In this document: positions 61,461 through 64,000 of the stretch, one piece after another
Numbering within the stretch: the first letter of the stretch is position 1
How the letters are laid out: the number at the start of each line of letters is the position of its first letter
Source: Opitutia bacterium
GTDB taxonomy: Bacteria; Verrucomicrobiota; Verrucomicrobiia; Opitutales; Opitutaceae
Direction of reading: 5' to 3'
Assembly (NCBI GenBank): GCA_947478395.1
Contig: CANJVR010000001.1
Location: 64,001 to 128,000 of the forward strand
Length of the DNA stretch: 64,000 nt
Notes under the pieces: generated by a model
Told to the model about the DNA's origin: nothing
Databases searched by the model: none
What the model saw: the letters and a program-made list of their open reading frames with translations, nothing else
Position numbers and translations under genes: made by a program

Positions 61461-62387
61461 ATGCCCCGCTCCCTCTCGCGTCGCGACGCCCTTCGCTCCT
61501 TCGCCGGTGCCGCCGCGCTGGCCACGATCACCCGCTCCAGCCCCGCCGCCGAAACTCCGTCTGCTCCCGCCAAATCTCCTGTCGCGCCCATGGCCTCATC
61601 CCCGATCCGCCACTCCGTCTGTAAATGGTGTTTCCCCAAAATCTCCCTCGATGATCTCGCCCGACCGGCCAAGGACATGGGCCTATCCTCCATCGAGCTC
61701 CTGGATCCAGAGCATTTTGCGACGCTCAAAAAATACGATCTCACCTGCGCACTCGTAAATTTTCCCACCGGCAAGACTCCGCAAGGCGTCACCGTCGGCG
61801 GCATTTCAAAGGCGTTCAACCGTCTCGAGCACCACGACACGCTCGTCGAGATCTACGAGAAACGCATCGCCGAAACCGCGGATGCCAGTTTCGAAACGCT
61901 CATCTGCTTTTCGGGGAATCGTGAGAAAATGGACGACCAGCAGGGTCTCGAAAATTGCGCCGTGGGGCTCAAGCGCATCATCGCGTCCGCCGAGAAACGG
62001 GGCGTCACCCTCGTGATGGAGCTCCTCAACTCGAAGGTGAACCACAAGGACTACATGTGCGATCACACCGCGTGGGGCGTCGAACTCGTGAAGCGCGTGG
62101 GCTCCGAGCGATTCAAGCTGCTCTATGATATTTACCACATGCAGATCATGGATGGTGACGTCATTCGCACCATTCAGGACAACCACCGCTATTTCGGCCA
62201 CTACCACACCGCCGGCAATCCCGGTCGCCACGAATTCGAGCCCGGCGATCCACAAGAGCTCAACTATCCGGCCATCATGCGCGCGATTTCCGCCACCGGG
62301 TTCAAAGGTTTCGTCGCGCAGGAATTCACGCCGGTCCGCGATCCGCTGACTTCGCTCCGCGCCGCGATCAAACTCTGTACGGTGTGA
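61461..62387 (+). CDS. Tat-exported hydroxypyruvate isomerase family (AP endonuclease 2 TIM barrel) protein
   Basis: SRRDALR Tat motif; MELLNS, LLYDIYHMQ, HYHTAGNPGRHE and QEF motifs. Confidence 0.9.
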   Translation: MPRSLSRRDALRSFAGAAALATITRSSPAAETPSAPAKSPVAPMASSPIRHSVCKWCFPKISLDDLARPAKDMGLSSIELLDPEHFATLKKYDLTCALVNFPTGKTPQGVTVGGISKAFNRLEHHDTLVEIYEKRIAETADASFETLICFSGNREKMDDQQGLENCAVGLKRIIASAEKRGVTLVMELLNSKVNHKDYMCDHTAWGVELVKRVGSERFKLLYDIYHMQIMDGDVIRTIQDNHRYFGHYHTAGNPGRHEFEPGDPQELNYPAIMRAISATGFKGFVAQEFTPVRDPLTSLRAAIKLCTV

Positions 62388-63691
62388 GTAAGCGTCCAGC
62401 CGGGCCAGCATCGAGCGGCTGGCGGCAGCGTCTGCGCCAATCCGCGGCGCTCGACTTCACGCCGCTGCGCGCCTCGCGCGACTATCGGCTGCTCTTCATC
62501 GCGCAGTTCATTTCCGCTTTCGGCTACGCCATCAGCTACGTCGTACTGCCGTGGCAGGTTTACCAACTCACGCACTCGACCTTGCTCGTTGGTTTGCTCG
62601 GTGTAACCGAATTCGTGCCGATGATCGTGCTCGCGTTTGTCGGGGGCGCGCTGGCCGACGCGGTGGATCGACGTCATCTTATTCTCTGGGCCGAAGCCGG
62701 ACTCGCGCTGAGCTGCACCGCGCTGGTCGCGAACGCGCTGCTGCCCGTGCCGCACGTGTGGGTGCTATTTTTCGGTGCGGGTTTGACCGCCGCGGCCAAC
62801 GCCCTGCACCGCCCTGCGCTCGAGTCACTCACGCCGCAGCTCGTGGCACCTGCGCACATGCCCGCGGTGGCGGCGCTTACCACCTTTCGCTTCAGCTTTA
62901 ACTTCATCGTTGGCCCTGCGCTGGCCGGCCTGATCGCAAACCGCTTCGGCGCCGCCACGGCCTATGGCATCGATCTAGCCACCTACGGGATTTCGATCGC
63001 GATCCTGTTGCTGATGCGTTCGGTGGCGGTGCCGGCCGGGGCGCCGCGTCCGAGCCTGCGCGGCGTCGCCGAAGGCCTGCGCTATGCCCGCAGCCGATCC
63101 GAACTGATGGGAACGTATCTGATCGATATCATCGCGATGTTTTTTGGCATGCCCATCGCGCTCTTTCCGGCGATTGCCGAAAGTTTCGGCGGCGCCTCCG
63201 TCGGACTTTTCTATGCGACGCTCGCCGTCGGGCCACTCGTAGTGACACTCACCTCCGGCTGGACCAATCGCGTCCGCCGCCATGGCTTGGGCGTGACGTG
63301 GGCCGTCGTCGTGTGGGGTATCGCCATCGTTGGTTTCGGTCTCGCAACCAACCTCTGGATCGCCCTCACGTTTCTCGTGATTGCGGGTGGAGCCGACTGC
63401 GTGAGCGGGCTTTTTCGTATGACGATTTGGAATCAAACCATCCCCGACCGGCTACGCGGACGGCTCGCCGGCATCGAGATGGTGAGCTACCTGAGCGGCC
63501 CCTACCTCGGCAACGCCGAGGCCGGTCTCGTGGCGAGTGCCTTCGGGCTGCGAGCGTCGGTGGTCTCGGGCGGAGTCCTGTGCGTCATCGGCGCAGGCGT
63601 GTTGGCGATGCTGTTACCCGGATTTATCCGCTACGACTCGGTCCAGGGTCAGGCGCGAAAAAAGGCCGAGGAAATCGAACCCGTCCAGTGA
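62384..63691 (+). CDS. MFS transporter (EntS/MFS_3-like)
   Basis: GGALADAVDRR, AMFFGMP.ALFP and PDRLRGRL motifs; about 12 TM segments. Confidence 0.9.
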   Translation: MSKRPAGPASSGWRQRLRQSAALDFTPLRASRDYRLLFIAQFISAFGYAISYVVLPWQVYQLTHSTLLVGLLGVTEFVPMIVLAFVGGALADAVDRRHLILWAEAGLALSCTALVANALLPVPHVWVLFFGAGLTAAANALHRPALESLTPQLVAPAHMPAVAALTTFRFSFNFIVGPALAGLIANRFGAATAYGIDLATYGISIAILLLMRSVAVPAGAPRPSLRGVAEGLRYARSRSELMGTYLIDIIAMFFGMPIALFPAIAESFGGASVGLFYATLAVGPLVVTLTSGWTNRVRRHGLGVTWAVVVWGIAIVGFGLATNLWIALTFLVIAGGADCVSGLFRMTIWNQTIPDRLRGRLAGIEMVSYLSGPYLGNAEAGLVASAFGLRASVVSGGVLCVIGAGVLAMLLPGFIRYDSVQGQARKKAEEIEPVQ

Positions 63692-63879
63692 ACCCTAAAA
63701 CACCGCGGAACGTGTCAGCAGCTCGTCGGGCAGTGGTCGGAGAACTGTCATCAAACGCGGCGACGGGGATGAATGGCGTCCAACCGACACCCTCCGCCCT
63801 GCGGGGTCTGCCGTTGCGAGACGCCGCAGTTGCGCCGTGAAACGGGCCCCCGTTCCACGCGGCTCAATCAGAGCTCGAA

Positions 63880-64000
63880 TTACATCGCCGCGAGCAAACG
63901 CCGCAGCGTCTCGTCGACGAGCTTCGGGTTGGCTTTGCCTTTGGCGGCTTTCATCACGGGACCTTTGAACGCGTTGATCGCGCTGTCTTTGCCGGCTTTG
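63880..64000 (-). CDS. gatB: Asp/Glu-tRNA amidotransferase subunit B, C-terminal end (partial)
   Basis: Manual translation gives KAGKDSAINAFKGPVMKAAKGKANPKLVDETLRRLLAAM*, matching the GatB/YqeY C-terminus. Confidence 0.8.
   Translation of the reverse strand, partial: KAGKDSAINAFKGPVMKAAKGKANPKLVDETLRRLLAAM

Overview
High-GC bacterial chromosome window, most likely Verrucomicrobiota (Opitutaceae-like). This assignment is inferred from a Minf_1886-family gene, a DUF1552/DUF1592 pair, long-form ispG and an acetyltransferase-only GlmU-like gene. Core genes include uppS-cdsA-dxr-rseP-ispG, dnaA (not followed by dnaN), ligA, pyrE, prs, lpxD, tyrA-aroA-cmk-plsC, trpS, nadK, the 3' end of gatB, and three tRNAs (Pro-CGG, Ala-CGC, Gly-GCC). 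The accessory signals are: (1) a dispersed MITE-like element with TAGAGCGGTTTAA-type ends carrying 1-3 GTAG-type REP palindromes, in lengths of about 100/140/180 bp; (2) a 1.83 kb tandem duplication of a cytochrome c-sugar dehydrogenase gene whose similarity ends at that element; (3) a decaying defence islet with a C5-methyltransferase tail, an intact low-GC HNH nuclease, a vsr tail, a DUF433 pseudogene and vapBC; (4) an unexplained 19-bp palindrome TGTCACYTAWTAAGTGAC in two divergent intergenic regions; (5) an OppA-OppB fusion gene; (6) several pseudogene remnants absent or incomplete in the ORF track; and (7) an integrative-element scar at tRNA-Gly. All family assignments come from motif recognition by eye; no searches were run.
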